48,014 bases of DNA, from positions 1 to 48,014 of the forward strand of contig BTWA01000040.1 of NCBI GenBank assembly GCA_045863295.1. Direction: 5' to 3'. The stretch comes from Candidatus Hydrogenedentota bacterium. GTDB lineage: Bacteria; Hydrogenedentota; Hydrogenedentia; Hydrogenedentales; SLHB01. The notes beneath the pieces are model-generated. The model worked only from the letters and a program-made list of their open reading frames with translations. It made no database searches and was not told the DNA's origin. Both the position numbers and the translations under genes were made by a program. Below are positions 8,096 to 19,070 of this stretch, one piece after another; position 1 is the stretch's first letter; each line of letters begins with the position of its first letter.

Positions 8096-9990
8096 ACCGA
8101 TAGTTCTACCGGAGTGCTTTGGACGGGTACGGGATCCTGTTGTGCATCCCGGAGTGATGGCGGTATACCGGCTTCCTCGAGGCTGATGATTGCCGACTCC
8201 ATCCATCCGTGTTCCCCATTAAGGACCTTTATGGCGGCGGTATACTTCCTGGCATCGTCGTTGTGCCAGAGGTCGTAAAACAGGCGCCGCACTTTGCGTT
8301 TTGCGCCGCGGCAAAACGTATCCGCCAGTGCCGCGGCTTCCGACGCTTGAGAATGGCCCGACCGTGCCATGTCCTCCGCCCGGCGCAGGCTCGCCGCCAT
8401 CGCGAACAGTTCCATCGCAATATCGACCAGACGGAAGAGGAACGCCTGCTTGTGCTGCAGTCTTCCCTGGTAGATGGCCATACCGTGAAATACCTGCCTG
8501 GCGAGTTTGCGGCTATTCCGATCGAGAAACCGGTAGTGGGGCGCGAACCGGGCGTGCGCGGCGTAGCGGGGCCAGTAGCCCCAGGCGAGCCACTGCGAGG
8601 GATACCACCACGCATAGAAAGCAGCGACTTTGGGAAAGGCCGCGAGTTTTGCGCCGAGGGATTTGGACGTGTCAATCAAATCGCCGGCGACTTGCAGGTG
8701 TTTGTCCACCGCTTCGCGCGCGATGAAGAGGTGCATGATTTCGCTCGCGCCCTCAAAGACTTTCGTGATTCGCGCGTCTCGATACATGCGATCGACGCCA
8801 ATGGGATGTTCGCCGCGCGCGGCTTGGGATCGCTCGGTCTCGTAGGCGCGTCCGCCGCGTATCTGAAAGCAGTTGTCGACAATTTCCCAACATCGGCAGG
8901 TATTCCACTCCTTTGCGGCGGCGGCCTCCAATCGAATGTCGTAGTTGCCGTTCACCGCCATTTGGGCTGCAAGATAGGCAATCGATTCCATGGCAAAAAT
9001 GTTTGTCGCCATGTCGGAGAGGTAGTGGCTGACGGCCTCGTGTTTACCGATGGGTTTGCCCCATTGCACGCGATCCTTGGCCCATTTTCGGGCGATTTCG
9101 AGGCATTTTTTGGCGGTGCCTACCGCGCCCGCGGGCACGGACAGGCGACCAACGTTCAATACCGTGAGCGCCACTTTCAACCCTTTGCCTTCGCCGCCCA
9201 CAATGTTTTCGGCGGGAATCTTCACATTTGTGAATCGAATCACGCCGTTGGCGAGGGCTTTCAGGCCCATGAACCGGCAGCGATGCTCCACATCCACACC
9301 GGGCCAGTCCGTTTCGACCACAATGGCACTGATTTTACCGGTATCGGTGTGGCGGGCCATGACAATAATGAGACCGGCCATGGTTCCATTCGTACACCAT
9401 AGTTTGAGTCCGTTCAGGATGAAACTGCCTTCAGCCGTACGTTCGAGGGTCGTGCTGAGGCGAGCAGGATCGGATCCGACGTCGGGCTCGGTCAAAGCAA
9501 AGGCGGAAATTTCGCCTGAGGCACACCGGGGGAGGTATTTCTTCTTCTGTTCGTCGGTGCCAAACTGTTTTACGGTTTCGGGAACGCCGACGGACTGGTG
9601 GGGCGAGAGCAGACCAAGAAGGCTGCCTTCGTAACTGGCGAGCAGTTCCATCAATTGGCACCACTCGACCTTATTGAGTCCGCTACCGCCGTATTCCTTG
9701 GGCACCAGGAGTCCGAACGCGCCCATCTCCTTGAGGCCTTCCATCACGTGCTGTGGATACTCGCCGGTCTCGTCGATCTCGACGGGGTCCACGTCGGACA
9801 CAAGAAATCGCCTCATGCGGCCGTAATACTCGGCAAACGCTGGACTGTCCGGGGCGAGCGGATATTCCGGCAGTAAATCGGGCCGCAGACTCCCCAGAAA
9901 CAGCTCTCGGAGAAAACTGGGTTGCCGCCACTCGGTTTGGCGGGACTCCTCGGCCAGTTGGCGGGATTCCGATTCGCTCATGTGCCCCAT
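8092..9990 (-). CDS. Acyl-CoA dehydrogenase (long, VLCAD/ACAD9-like with C-terminal extension)
   Basis: FALTEPDVGSDP, LNGLKLWCTNG, RVQWGKPIGKHEAV, QIRGGRAYE, RDARITKVFEGASEI (catalytic Glu). Confidence 0.93.
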   Translation of the reverse strand: MGHMSESESRQLAEESRQTEWRQPSFLRELFLGSLRPDLLPEYPLAPDSPAFAEYYGRMRRFLVSDVDPVEIDETGEYPQHVMEGLKEMGAFGLLVPKEYGGSGLNKVEWCQLMELLASYEGSLLGLLSPHQSVGVPETVKQFGTDEQKKKYLPRCASGEISAFALTEPDVGSDPARLSTTLERTAEGSFILNGLKLWCTNGTMAGLIIVMARHTDTGKISAIVVETDWPGVDVEHRCRFMGLKALANGVIRFTNVKIPAENIVGGEGKGLKVALTVLNVGRLSVPAGAVGTAKKCLEIARKWAKDRVQWGKPIGKHEAVSHYLSDMATNIFAMESIAYLAAQMAVNGNYDIRLEAAAAKEWNTCRCWEIVDNCFQIRGGRAYETERSQAARGEHPIGVDRMYRDARITKVFEGASEIMHLFIAREAVDKHLQVAGDLIDTSKSLGAKLAAFPKVAAFYAWWYPSQWLAWGYWPRYAAHARFAPHYRFLDRNSRKLARQVFHGMAIYQGRLQHKQAFLFRLVDIAMELFAMAASLRRAEDMARSGHSQASEAAALADTFCRGAKRKVRRLFYDLWHNDDARKYTAAIKVLNGEHGWMESAIISLEEAGIPPSLRDAQQDPVPVQSTPVELSV

Positions 9991-10117
9991 GCGCCGACTC
10001 CCTCGAAGCTATCGGGCCGCACTCGGTTGCTGTTGCAGCCCATTGTACAGGCGACACTTGCAGGATGAATAAATTCATTATGGGGCCAACCTCAAGAAAT
10101 GGCAAGTGCCCCAATGC

Positions 10118-10152
10118 AAAAAGCGGGCGGCGAGTTTGCACCCGCCGCCCGC
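10118..10152 (-). terminator. Rho-independent terminator of the ACIII-caa3 operon
   Basis: Minus strand GCGGGCGGCG-GGT-GCAA-ACT-CGCCGCCCGC followed by TTTTT, about 22 nt after the subunit IV stop. Confidence 0.85.
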
Positions 10153-10174
10153 CGAAAGTTGCGTGTGTGTCCCG

Positions 10175-10480
10175 CTACCAGGGCTGTGCGAATGGTTGAT
10201 CGTGGCGGGAAAGAAAATCCACGATAATCATGCTCAGTAAGATACCGAGCCAGAAGAAACAGGAAATCACAAAGATCCATGTAAGCTTGGAACTGTATTT
10301 CACGTTCATAAAGAAGAGAACTACCAGCGCGGCCTTCGTTATGGCGATACCCATGGCCACACCCGTGCCCATGGGACCATGGGGAACGTAAAATGCGGCC
10401 AGAATGGTCAGGATCATAAAGATCATGAGCATGATAAAGGTATTCAGATAGACTTTTGCCGGAACGATATAATGAGACAT
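10175..10480 (-). CDS. ctaF: Cytochrome c oxidase (caa3) subunit IV
   Basis: MSHYIVPAKVYLNTFIMLM...IAITKAALVVLFFMNVKYSSKLTW; 3 TM segments; last gene of the oxidase cluster; RBS AAGGAG upstream. Confidence 0.88.
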   Translation of the reverse strand: MSHYIVPAKVYLNTFIMLMIFMILTILAAFYVPHGPMGTGVAMGIAITKAALVVLFFMNVKYSSKLTWIFVISCFFWLGILLSMIIVDFLSRHDQPFAQPW

Positions 10481-10500
10481 GGTGACGTATTCGCTCCTTC

Positions 10501-11223
10501 TCAACTTCCCACCGGATTCAACAGATATAAAAGCGGGAAGAGGAAAATCCAGACGATATCGACGAAGTGCCAGTAAAACCCGGTACATTCAAGTTTCATA
10601 AAGTTGTGCGGGCCGAAATGATTCTTGAACGCGAGAACGATCAGCCACGTCAATAGACCCGCACCGATGATCATGTGAAACGCGTGCATTCCGGTCATGC
10701 AAAAGTAGATGACAAAGAACATTTGCACGTGTTTCGGATCGGCATCCACGGCATGACCGCCATGGTCTGCACCGGCCGCTTCCACCTCATGCCCGGCGGA
10801 TTCCCCATGATCGGGCGGAAATGCAAAGTGGGCGCCGGGAACCAGATGATGGTCAAATTTTGCCTTGTATTCGACGGTTTTGACTCCGAGGAACACGAGG
10901 CACAAAGCCAATGTGAGGAACAGATTTACGATTAGCGCTTTCTTGCGGCCCATCTGTGCGCTGTACACGCCCATGGCCATGGTAAATGAGCTGACCAACA
11001 GCACGACCGTATTCAATGCACCGAGTTTGATATCCAGCTGTTGGCTACCCGCCATAAACGCGTCCGGGTACATATACCGGTATATGAAATACACGGCAAA
11101 CAGCCCGCCAAAGAACATGATTTCCTGGCCCAGAAAGAGCCACATGCCCAGAATGGCCGACTCGTTTTGTTGATCGGCATCTTCAAAGTGATGGGCGACA
11201 ACCGCCTCGCCATGCGCAGCCAC
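10501..11223 (-). CDS. ctaE: Cytochrome c oxidase subunit III
   Basis: GMWLFLGQEIMFFGGLF, NTVVLLVSSFTM, YFCMTGMHAFH, GFYWHFVDIVWIFLFPLLYL. Confidence 0.95.
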   Translation of the reverse strand: MAAHGEAVVAHHFEDADQQNESAILGMWLFLGQEIMFFGGLFAVYFIYRYMYPDAFMAGSQQLDIKLGALNTVVLLVSSFTMAMGVYSAQMGRKKALIVNLFLTLALCLVFLGVKTVEYKAKFDHHLVPGAHFAFPPDHGESAGHEVEAAGADHGGHAVDADPKHVQMFFVIYFCMTGMHAFHMIIGAGLLTWLIVLAFKNHFGPHNFMKLECTGFYWHFVDIVWIFLFPLLYLLNPVGS

Positions 11224-11224
11224 G

Positions 11225-12856
11225 TTAATGCTCTCCTGCGGTCGCGGAGTAAGCGTACGCTTCTTCCGTCACAATCGGGGTCTTATCAAAATTGAACGTA
11301 TCAGGCGGCGAGGTGGTGTGTTCCCACTCCAATCCCTTTGCATTCCACGGGTTGGGTCCGCTGACCTTGCCGAATACCAGCGACCACGGCAGGTAGATCA
11401 TGGGCAACAAGTAGGCAATTCCCAAAATCGACGCACCGGCGGTGGACAACACGTTCAACACCTGAAATTCATCGGGATACACGTGGTAACGCCGAGGCAT
11501 GCCCAAGTAGCCGAGGATGAACTGCGGAAAGAATGTCAAGTTGAATCCGATGAACGCGAGGATGGCCGCTATCTGTGCCAGATATTCGTTGTACATTCTG
11601 CCCGTCATTTTGGGCCACCAGAAGTGCATGCCCATGAGAAAGCCGATCACCATGCCGCCTACCATTACATAGTGAAAGTGAGCCACGACGAAGTAGGTGT
11701 CGTGAAAGTGGATATCCATGCCCATGAGGCCAAGGAAGATACCGGTCAATCCGCCAATCGTGAACAGTCCGATAAACGAGAAGGCGTACAGCATCGGCGC
11801 TTCAAAGGTGACTTCGCCTTTGTACAGCGTGGCGCTCCAGTTGAATACCTTAATTGCGGACGGAATAGCCACGAGCATTGTAATGAGCGAAAACATGATG
11901 CCCGCAAATGTAGACTGGCTGCTCACGAACATGTGATGGCCCCAGACGAGAAAGCCCACGATAGCAATCGCCAGGCTTGAAAATGCGACGAACTCATATC
12001 CGAAGACGCGCCGGCGCGAGAAGCATGCGATGACTTCGCTCATGACGCCCATCGCGGGCAAAATCATGATGTACACGGCCGGGTGGGAGTAAAACCAGAA
12101 CATATGCTGGAACAGAACCGGATCACCGCCCAACTCGGGATCGAAGATTCCGACACCCCAGACTCTTTCCACAGCGGTCAAGAACAGCGTGATGGCGACT
12201 ACCGGAGTGCCCAATACCTGAATGAGACTGGTGGCGTAGTGCGCCCAAACAAACAAAGGCAGGCGAAACCAGGTGAGGCCGGGTGCGCGCATCTTGTGGA
12301 TCGTTACGATGAAATTGAGCCCGGTCAGAATTGAAGAGAATCCGGAGATAAATGCAGCCGTAACCGCCAGGAAGACGGAACTTTTTGCATAGGTCGTACT
12401 GAACGGGGTGTAGAAGGTCCAACCGGTATCCACGCCGCCGGCCAATAGCGCACCCACCGCGAAAATGCCGGCTACCACGTAAATATAGTAGCTGAGCAAA
12501 TTGATCTTGGGAAAGGCGAGATCTTTCGCGCCCACCATGATGGGCACCAGGAAATTCCCCAATACCGCGGGAATGGATGGGATAAGAAAGAAGAAGATCA
12601 TCACGACGCCATGCAACGTGAAGGCTTTGTTGTAAGTGTCGCCCGACATAAAATCGCCGGATGGCGTCAACAACTCAATGCGAATCATCGCGGCAAACAG
12701 GGCACCAACCAGGAAGAACGCCGAGATGGACACCAAATACAGAACCGCGATGCGCTTGTGATCCGTTGTCAGGAGCCAAGAGGCGATGGTCTTTCGGGAC
12801 AGATAGTTCCGCGCCGGATATTCAGCATTGTTATAGAGGGTGTTTGCGATGCTCAT
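11225..12856 (-). CDS. ctaD: Cytochrome c oxidase subunit I, heme-copper oxidase type A2
   Basis: [22 protein letters not shown] (D-channel), [10 protein letters not shown] (YS motif marks type A2), WGHHMF, AIKVFNW (K-channel), [12 protein letters not shown]. Confidence 0.97.
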   Translation of the reverse strand: MSIANTLYNNAEYPARNYLSRKTIASWLLTTDHKRIAVLYLVSISAFFLVGALFAAMIRIELLTPSGDFMSGDTYNKAFTLHGVVMIFFFLIPSIPAVLGNFLVPIMVGAKDLAFPKINLLSYYIYVVAGIFAVGALLAGGVDTGWTFYTPFSTTYAKSSVFLAVTAAFISGFSSILTGLNFIVTIHKMRAPGLTWFRLPLFVWAHYATSLIQVLGTPVVAITLFLTAVERVWGVGIFDPELGGDPVLFQHMFWFYSHPAVYIMILPAMGVMSEVIACFSRRRVFGYEFVAFSSLAIAIVGFLVWGHHMFVSSQSTFAGIMFSLITMLVAIPSAIKVFNWSATLYKGEVTFEAPMLYAFSFIGLFTIGGLTGIFLGLMGMDIHFHDTYFVVAHFHYVMVGGMVIGFLMGMHFWWPKMTGRMYNEYLAQIAAILAFIGFNLTFFPQFILGYLGMPRRYHVYPDEFQVLNVLSTAGASILGIAYLLPMIYLPWSLVFGKVSGPNPWNAKGLEWEHTTSPPDTFNFDKTPIVTEEAYAYSATAGEH

Positions 12857-13827
12857 GAAGCGTTACCACGTTGTGCGCTGGAGGCTCCAGCCGCTTCAAG
12901 CGACTTAATATAGTCCACAAGCACGTACAAGTCTTCTTCCTTCATTTGATTCTTGAACGTCGGCATGAGGGGCGGATACCCCACCACCAGTTTCGATTGC
13001 GGATTGACGATCGACTCGCGGATATAGTTTTCGTCCGCAACAATTTTTTCGCCATTCGTCAGACTTACTTCTTTGCCAAACAGGCCGGACAGCTGTGGTC
13101 CCCGCGCGGTGTTCACCGAATTGTGGCAATTCGCACATCCCATTCGCATAAACAATTGCTCTCCACCGGAGGCGGCAGGAACTGCGGGGGTCGTGGCGGT
13201 GCCGTCCGCGAGCCACTTTTCGTACTCGCCCTCCTCCATAACGATTACTTTGCCAATCATCTTGGAGTGCTCGGTGCCGCAATATTCCGCGCAGAACAGG
13301 TGGTATGTACCGGGTTTGGTGGCAGTGAAGCCCATCGTGGTATATCGATTGGGCAACACGTCCCTCTTCAAACGGAAGACCGGGATGAAGAAACTGTGAA
13401 TCACGTCTTCCGATGTCATCGTAAGCCGCACCGGAGTGTTTACGGGCACATGCAGATGGTTAATTTCGCGCTTGCCGTTGGGATGCTGTACCTTCCACAT
13501 CCATTGCTTGCCGGTTACCAAGACATCCATGCTGCCTTCCGGGATGACCGTAAAATCGTAAAAGACGTATGCAGACCATCCGAAGAAAGCCAGCGCCAGT
13601 ATTGTGGGAACAATGGTCCAGGTCAGTTCGAGTTTCTTCGCAATCGAATGGTCCATCGGACCCCGATCCACATTCGAGCCTTTTCTATACCGGATCGAGA
13701 GAAACGCCACCATGAGCGTCACCGCGCCGAAGAAGAAAACGCTGAGGGCGAGGAGTCCATAGAACAGCAGATCGACCTTTAACGCGAAGGTAGAGGCTTG
13801 TTCGGGTATCAGTTGTAAATGTGACAT
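12853..13827 (-). CDS. ctaC: Cytochrome c oxidase subunit II with C-terminal cytochrome c (caa3-type)
   Basis: [15 protein letters not shown], CuA ligands DVIHSF and [12 protein letters not shown], heme c motif CANCH with distal Met in MPTF. Confidence 0.96.
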   Translation of the reverse strand: MSHLQLIPEQASTFALKVDLLFYGLLALSVFFFGAVTLMVAFLSIRYRKGSNVDRGPMDHSIAKKLELTWTIVPTILALAFFGWSAYVFYDFTVIPEGSMDVLVTGKQWMWKVQHPNGKREINHLHVPVNTPVRLTMTSEDVIHSFFIPVFRLKRDVLPNRYTTMGFTATKPGTYHLFCAEYCGTEHSKMIGKVIVMEEGEYEKWLADGTATTPAVPAASGGEQLFMRMGCANCHNSVNTARGPQLSGLFGKEVSLTNGEKIVADENYIRESIVNPQSKLVVGYPPLMPTFKNQMKEEDLYVLVDYIKSLEAAGASSAQRGNAS

Positions 13828-13919
13828 GACTAGACTTCAGCCGCTTCTCTGGTTGCCAATGGTTCCCAATTCCCTTACGCTGGCGCGCCGGCTTACATTT
13901 CCGGCGCGCGACACCATGC

Positions 13920-14789
13920 TTAATGAGCCGCCAGTTTTTCCGAGTGTTCCATCGCGATTCTGGCCCGGCGCTGTTCCAACCGCAGGAAGGCGAAGATCGA
14001 TCCTGCAATAATCATCACTGTGGCGACACCTGCAACACGCAGGACACGCATTATGACCAATCCATACGAGCCGCTCGCCGGATCGTACATGTAACACAGC
14101 AACATGACCTTGTCGGCGAGGCTCCCGATCTTGCGATCGGCGGCGTCCATGAGTCCGAATTTTACGTCCTGTGCCGGATATTGGATACCGTAATAGTATC
14201 TGGATACCGATCCTTCCGGGGTCAGGACCATAATGCCGCTGCCGTGTGCGAACTCGGCAATACTTGGCATGTACTGGTACCTGAATCCTACCGAGGCGGC
14301 CAATTCCTTGACCTGGGACTCATCCTTTGTTGTCAAGAACCGCCAGCCGTCCTGACCGCCTCCCCTGGCATACCCATCGAGCACGTTTTGCTTTTTCATG
14401 GCGGCCAGTTCGTGCGTTTCCGAGGGATCGAAGCTGATTGTCACTACGTCGTATTCTTGACCGAGGGTGAAATCCAGTTCGTTGAAACTGGACAACATGC
14501 CTTGGATGATTTCTCCGCACAGCATCGGGCAATCGAAGTAAACGAGTGACAGCACCACTGGTTTGCCCCGGAAGACATCTTTCAATTGAATCAGCTTGCC
14601 GGACTCGTCCGCGAACTGCAGGTCGAGGTTCACTTGAGCTCCGAGTTTTTGATCAATGCCAACATCGGGCGGATCCGGCTCGCGCATGATTTGCGCTTGG
14701 GCGGGAACCCCCATGCCAAGGCAGATCGAAAGCGCGGCGGCAAACGCAAGACTACGCCAGCACACGCTGTTCATCCCCCTATTGCCCAT
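13920..14789 (-). CDS. SCO1/SenC copper chaperone
   Basis: Signal peptide, VGIDQKLG, YFDCPMLC (CxxxC), FAHGSG His and a C-terminal TM. Start uncertain (14789 or 14774). Confidence 0.9.
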   Translation of the reverse strand: MGNRGMNSVCWRSLAFAAALSICLGMGVPAQAQIMREPDPPDVGIDQKLGAQVNLDLQFADESGKLIQLKDVFRGKPVVLSLVYFDCPMLCGEIIQGMLSSFNELDFTLGQEYDVVTISFDPSETHELAAMKKQNVLDGYARGGGQDGWRFLTTKDESQVKELAASVGFRYQYMPSIAEFAHGSGIMVLTPEGSVSRYYYGIQYPAQDVKFGLMDAADRKIGSLADKVMLLCYMYDPASGSYGLVIMRVLRVAGVATVMIIAGSIFAFLRLEQRRARIAMEHSEKLAAH

Positions 14790-15198
14790 GCGCTGTCCCT
14801 TCCGGGGATGCTGAGACGGGGGTACCGCCACTACGTGCCGCGACAATCTTTATCGCCTCGCCCACAGGAATATGGACTACGCCTTTTTCCTGGTCTACCC
14901 AGCCGTATTGGGTCAGGCGTTCCTGTTGCTGCTTTTCAAACTCGCGCAGTTCCGCGGGCGGAAACGCCTGCAACACCGGATCCGGCGGCAGCATGCGGTC
15001 GCCCGCCAGCGGTGAGGCATCCTGCGCCACCGGGCGCGGATGGGCAATTTCAAATCCCTTGTAAATGAGCCTCGCGGCGCCAATGCAGGCCAGGGTCACT
15101 ACCGCAAGACCCGCAAGGCTGGCGATGACCAGCTTTACGCTGACATCTTGTGTTTCGTATCCCTTGGCTGGCTGGCCGTGATGTTTATCGTCATGCAT
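14779..15198 (-). CDS. ACIII-associated single-TM protein (ActG-like)
   Basis: Lies between actF and SCO; GYETQDV, one TM, PPDPVLQ and YGWVDQEKGVVHIPVGEAI, as typical for this position in ACIII-caa3 operons. Confidence 0.7.
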   Translation of the reverse strand: MHDDKHHGQPAKGYETQDVSVKLVIASLAGLAVVTLACIGAARLIYKGFEIAHPRPVAQDASPLAGDRMLPPDPVLQAFPPAELREFEKQQQERLTQYGWVDQEKGVVHIPVGEAIKIVAARSGGTPVSASPEGTAHGQ

Positions 15199-16417
15199 GT
15201 TTCACAGCTTCCCCATGGTCATGGTGTTCGTCGTGATCGTGGCCTGCATATTTCGCCAGCGCCCAGATCATGCGGTCGTCATTGCCTGGCAGCAGCGGAC
15301 GTTTGCGAAGCTGAGCCACGAAGGCAAACAGCCATAGTCCTCCGATCGCGACGGGGGCCGCAATGTCCATATAGTGAATAGACAGCTTTCCGGGGTGAAA
15401 GGCGGAATTGAGAATCCAGTGCAGATCCACAAACCGCATGGCAATAATCCAAAACGCAAGCATCACCAGGGGCCGTACATTTCGCTTGGCACGTTTCCAG
15501 AAGAGCAGGAACATGGGAACCGCGAAATGGAATGCCATCAGGCCCATGGCCAGGACCTGCTGACTGGGTCCGGTACGGTTCAGATAGTAGGGGATTTCCT
15601 CGGGCAAGTTGCCTGACCAGGTAATCAGGAATTGCGAGAAGGACGTGTACGCCCAGAGCACGGTGAAGCCGAGCATGAAATTGCCGATATGGTGAAAGAA
15701 GTCGATCGTCATCACTTTGGAATGGGGCGGACGCTCGCTTACGATCGAGAGAATAATGGCCAGGAAGGACCATGTGGCCAGAAAATTGCCGACGATGAAA
15801 ATGACAGGATACATGGTGGAGAACCCAATCGGCTCCAATGACATGCCCCAGTCAGTCATTGCAAAGGTCATCGTCAGGACAAATGCGACGATGCCGGGTC
15901 CGCTGGTCCATCGCATCCACAACACATTGCGCTGGTCACCGGTTTCTTCAAGGCGCTTTGACAAGCGGCTTAGCGCGAATGCCAGCACGATCCAAACGGC
16001 ATAATAGAAGAAGTAACGCCCGATGAAGAATGGCGAGTTCAAATAGTGCAATTTTTCGCGCACAATCGCGTGCTCATCCAAGTAGGCGGCGTTGGTCCAA
16101 GGATACAGCGTATTCATTCCCAGAAGAATGGGAAGGCCCAGAATGAGCATCATCGGCATCAGGCGGGTTCCCGCTTCAAGAATGCGCTGGCTCATGAAGC
16201 CCCACGGGCCGCCGACCATATGGTGAATCATGAGGATTACGAGGCAACCCAAGGTCAACCCGTTCCAGAAGAAGAATCCGTACAAGTACGACTGGTAGAA
16301 CTGATCCATTCCGGAAAAGATCGCGCCTGCTCCGAGCACGACGGCCCCGACGATGGCGACGACGAGTGCGCGTTTCTGGAGTGTATCCAATTTGGGATGT
16401 AATGCTTCAGTTTGCAT
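15191..16417 (-). CDS. actF: Alternative complex III subunit ActF
   Basis: About 10 TM segments; DWGMSLEP, GFTVLWAYTSFSQFLITWSGNLPEEIPYY; operon position. Confidence 0.9.
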   Translation of the reverse strand: MQTEALHPKLDTLQKRALVVAIVGAVVLGAGAIFSGMDQFYQSYLYGFFFWNGLTLGCLVILMIHHMVGGPWGFMSQRILEAGTRLMPMMLILGLPILLGMNTLYPWTNAAYLDEHAIVREKLHYLNSPFFIGRYFFYYAVWIVLAFALSRLSKRLEETGDQRNVLWMRWTSGPGIVAFVLTMTFAMTDWGMSLEPIGFSTMYPVIFIVGNFLATWSFLAIILSIVSERPPHSKVMTIDFFHHIGNFMLGFTVLWAYTSFSQFLITWSGNLPEEIPYYLNRTGPSQQVLAMGLMAFHFAVPMFLLFWKRAKRNVRPLVMLAFWIIAMRFVDLHWILNSAFHPGKLSIHYMDIAAPVAIGGLWLFAFVAQLRKRPLLPGNDDRMIWALAKYAGHDHDEHHDHGEAVKHA

Positions 16418-17072
16418 GGGTCGTCGCGTGCTCTTCCGATTGAGGTTCCGCTTGCGGATTCAGCAACTTCGATCGCTCGCTTTCCGGCATATCGGCAAGC
16501 GTGGCGTGTTGGCTGAGTTGAAGCGCTTGTATGTAGGCGGCGATTGCCCAGCGATCTTCAACCGGTATGCGGGTGGCATACCCGTACATCACGCCGAATC
16601 CGTTGGTAATGACATCAACAAAATAGCCCGGGGGCGCAAGATTTGGATCACGGAGGCGATCCTGGTGGAACGAGGCGGCCTGCTTCATGCCCCGCTTTAC
16701 AATCAGACCGTTTCCGTATCCCGTATAGTCATGGCAAGGCGAGCAATAAATGTTAAATCGTTGCTGTCCACGCTGAATCACTTCTTCGGTGATGGGCATG
16801 GGGAACTCTTTTGCATATTGGCCGCCAGTACGCCACGCGTACAGCGCAGGTTCTTCAACGCGCCGGGCCATGAAGGGGACGGTTCCGTCCACGAAGGGCT
16901 GTGCCGACGATCCGCTGGCGAAGAAAGTGGCCTGTTCCAGGGGCTTGAGGCGTCCGCCGTTCCACATGTCCTGGTGGCAACCGGAGAGCACCGCGATGCA
17001 GAGGCCCGCGGCAGCCCAGACCTTTAAGGCCGACTTCGACTGGATTGTTCTGTGAATCGACGTGATTACCAT
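16407..17072 (-). CDS. actE: Alternative complex III monoheme cytochrome c lipoprotein ActE
   Basis: Lipobox LSGC followed by HQDM; RGQQRFNIYCSPCH; DRWAIAAYIQALQ. Confidence 0.92.
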   Translation of the reverse strand: MVITSIHRTIQSKSALKVWAAAGLCIAVLSGCHQDMWNGGRLKPLEQATFFASGSSAQPFVDGTVPFMARRVEEPALYAWRTGGQYAKEFPMPITEEVIQRGQQRFNIYCSPCHDYTGYGNGLIVKRGMKQAASFHQDRLRDPNLAPPGYFVDVITNGFGVMYGYATRIPVEDRWAIAAYIQALQLSQHATLADMPESERSKLLNPQAEPQSEEHATTHAN

Positions 17073-17629
17073 CAGTTCTCAACCACTTGAACGTTTTTTG
17101 CCCCTAGACTTTCCATAAAACTTTTTACTTCCTGTTCGTCGTACTTACCATCCACGGCTTCGATACACAGGAAGAACGCATCGCGGCTGGCCCTTTCAAA
17201 TCCCTTCGCATTGAATACGGGATTGTAGGGTTGAGGTAACCCGTTTAGCGCCAGCATGCCAAACACGCAGGAGAACGCGGCAAACAGAATACCAAGCTCG
17301 AAAGTAATCGGAATGAAGGCGGGCCAACTGAATAGCGGCCGTCCGGCAATCTCAAACGGGTAGTGAAACGTCATGCCGATAACTTGCATCAGGAATCCAG
17401 TTGCCGCGCCGGTAAGCCCGCCAATCAATACAATGACGGGCAGCCACGTGCGTTTGAAACCGACTGCTTCAGCCAGTCCGTGAATTGGAAATGGTGTGTA
17501 TGCTTCCAACTTCCGGTAGCCTGCGCCGTAGGCCTTCTGGGCCGCGTGAACTATGGATTCCGGATTGTCGAACTCGCCCATAATGCCAAAGGTCTTCGGG
17601 CTATCGTCATGGGCATGGTCGTTATGCAT
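17072..17629 (-). CDS. actD: Alternative complex III subunit ActD (DUF3341)
   Basis: EAYTPFPIHGL, GRPLFSWPAFIPITFELGILFAA, NGLPQPYNPVF. Start ATG 17629 (MHNDHAH). Confidence 0.92.
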   Translation of the reverse strand: MHNDHAHDDSPKTFGIMGEFDNPESIVHAAQKAYGAGYRKLEAYTPFPIHGLAEAVGFKRTWLPVIVLIGGLTGAATGFLMQVIGMTFHYPFEIAGRPLFSWPAFIPITFELGILFAAFSCVFGMLALNGLPQPYNPVFNAKGFERASRDAFFLCIEAVDGKYDEQEVKSFMESLGAKNVQVVEN

Positions 17630-19070
17630 TGGCGCCACCCTTTTCGCGCATGGCCTTTGCTGCCGCTTCGCGCCCTTTGTCCGCATGCAACAGCATCTTC
17701 AATTCGAACACGGCAATCATCGGCACGAATCGCACGAACAGCATGAAGAGAAACAGGAACAATCCAATCGTGCCGATATACGTTGCCCAGTCCCAAATGG
17801 TGCCGTGATAGATACCCCACGATGACGGCAGGAAGTCTTGGGACAAGCTCGTAATTACGATCACGTACCGCTCCAGCCACATGCCCCAGCCAATGACGAT
17901 CGTAATCAGCCACAACACTGGCAGGTTGTACCGAACCCGCTTGAACCATAGCAATTGAGGCACCAGACCATTGCACAGTATGAGGCACCAGTACGACCAG
18001 GAATAGTAGCTACTCCAGTGGTCTCCAAACTTCGAAATGCCCATGCGGTTGCTAAACATCATGTACCGTTCATAGATGTTACCGCTGTAGTAGGCAAAGA
18101 ATGCTTCCGTAAAGTACCCGTAAAGCACGATCAACCCTGTGACCAGGGTCACTTTGGCCATGTTGTCGATGTGCTTCATGGTGATGATGTCTTCGATCTT
18201 GTAAATCCTGCGCAAGGGAATCGCAAGGGTGAGCACCATGGCAAATCCCGCGTATATGGCGCCCGCGACGAAATACGGCGGGAAGATTGTCGTATGCCAG
18301 CCGGGGATGATGCCGACCGAGAAGTCGAAACTCACGATGCTATGCACCGATACGACCAAGGGGGTGGACAAGCCCGCGAGCAATACGTACACGGTTTCGT
18401 ACCGGAACCAATTGCGGGCCGATCCGGTCCATCCTAACGCGAGCATGCCCCAGATAATCCTGGTCGCCTGGTTTTTCGCACGATCTCGCATTGTCGCGAA
18501 GTCGGGAATCAAACCCGTGATCCAGAACAATGCCGACACAGTTCCATACGTGGAAATTGCGAACACGTCCCACACCAGCGGGCTGCGGAACTGCGGCCAC
18601 ATGGCCAACGTGTTTGGATACGGAAGGATGAAATAGAACACCCACGGGCGGCCCATGTGCAGAAGAGGAAACAATCCGGCGCAGGCTACGGCAAACAGGG
18701 TCATGGCCTCCGCAAATCGATTGATCGAAGTGCGCCAGTCCTGATGCAGCAAGAGTAGAATCGCGGAGATAAGTGTCCCCGCGTGGCCGATACCAATCCA
18801 CCAAACGAAATTGACAATGGCCCAGCCCCATGCGACGGGCATATTGATGCCCCAGATGCCTACGCCCTTAATCAAGAGGTAGCCCACGGCGTTCATCAAC
18901 ACCATCAGCAATAGACCGCCGATGCCGAAAAACACGTACCACGAGCCGGGATGCGGTTTCGTGTCCACGATTTCGCTTACTTTGTCGGTAAGCGAACCGT
19001 ACGAATGGCCCGACTCCAGCAACGGTGGTTGCGGATCGAGGTCAGTGAGTCTCTTCGTGGTGACTGCCAT
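17622..19070 (-). CDS. actC: Alternative complex III quinol-binding subunit ActC (NrfD/PsrC family)
   Basis: NFVWWIGIGHAGTLISAIL, WRTSINRFAEAMT, HMGRPW, FRSPLVWDVFAISTY, VSVHSIVSFDF, GMWLER. Confidence 0.95.
   Translation of the reverse strand: MAVTTKRLTDLDPQPPLLESGHSYGSLTDKVSEIVDTKPHPGSWYVFFGIGGLLLMVLMNAVGYLLIKGVGIWGINMPVAWGWAIVNFVWWIGIGHAGTLISAILLLLHQDWRTSINRFAEAMTLFAVACAGLFPLLHMGRPWVFYFILPYPNTLAMWPQFRSPLVWDVFAISTYGTVSALFWITGLIPDFATMRDRAKNQATRIIWGMLALGWTGSARNWFRYETVYVLLAGLSTPLVVSVHSIVSFDFSVGIIPGWHTTIFPPYFVAGAIYAGFAMVLTLAIPLRRIYKIEDIITMKHIDNMAKVTLVTGLIVLYGYFTEAFFAYYSGNIYERYMMFSNRMGISKFGDHWSSYYSWSYWCLILCNGLVPQLLWFKRVRYNLPVLWLITIVIGWGMWLERYVIVITSLSQDFLPSSWGIYHGTIWDWATYIGTIGLFLFLFMLFVRFVPMIAVFELKMLLHADKGREAAAKAMREKGGANA

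Noticed and set aside
8092..9990. Acyl-CoA dehydrogenase as part of the respiratory operon (ACAD9-like assembly factor idea)
   Set aside because: A strong terminator at 10118-10152 separates it from the oxidase genes and the catalytic Glu is intact; only proximity supports the idea.
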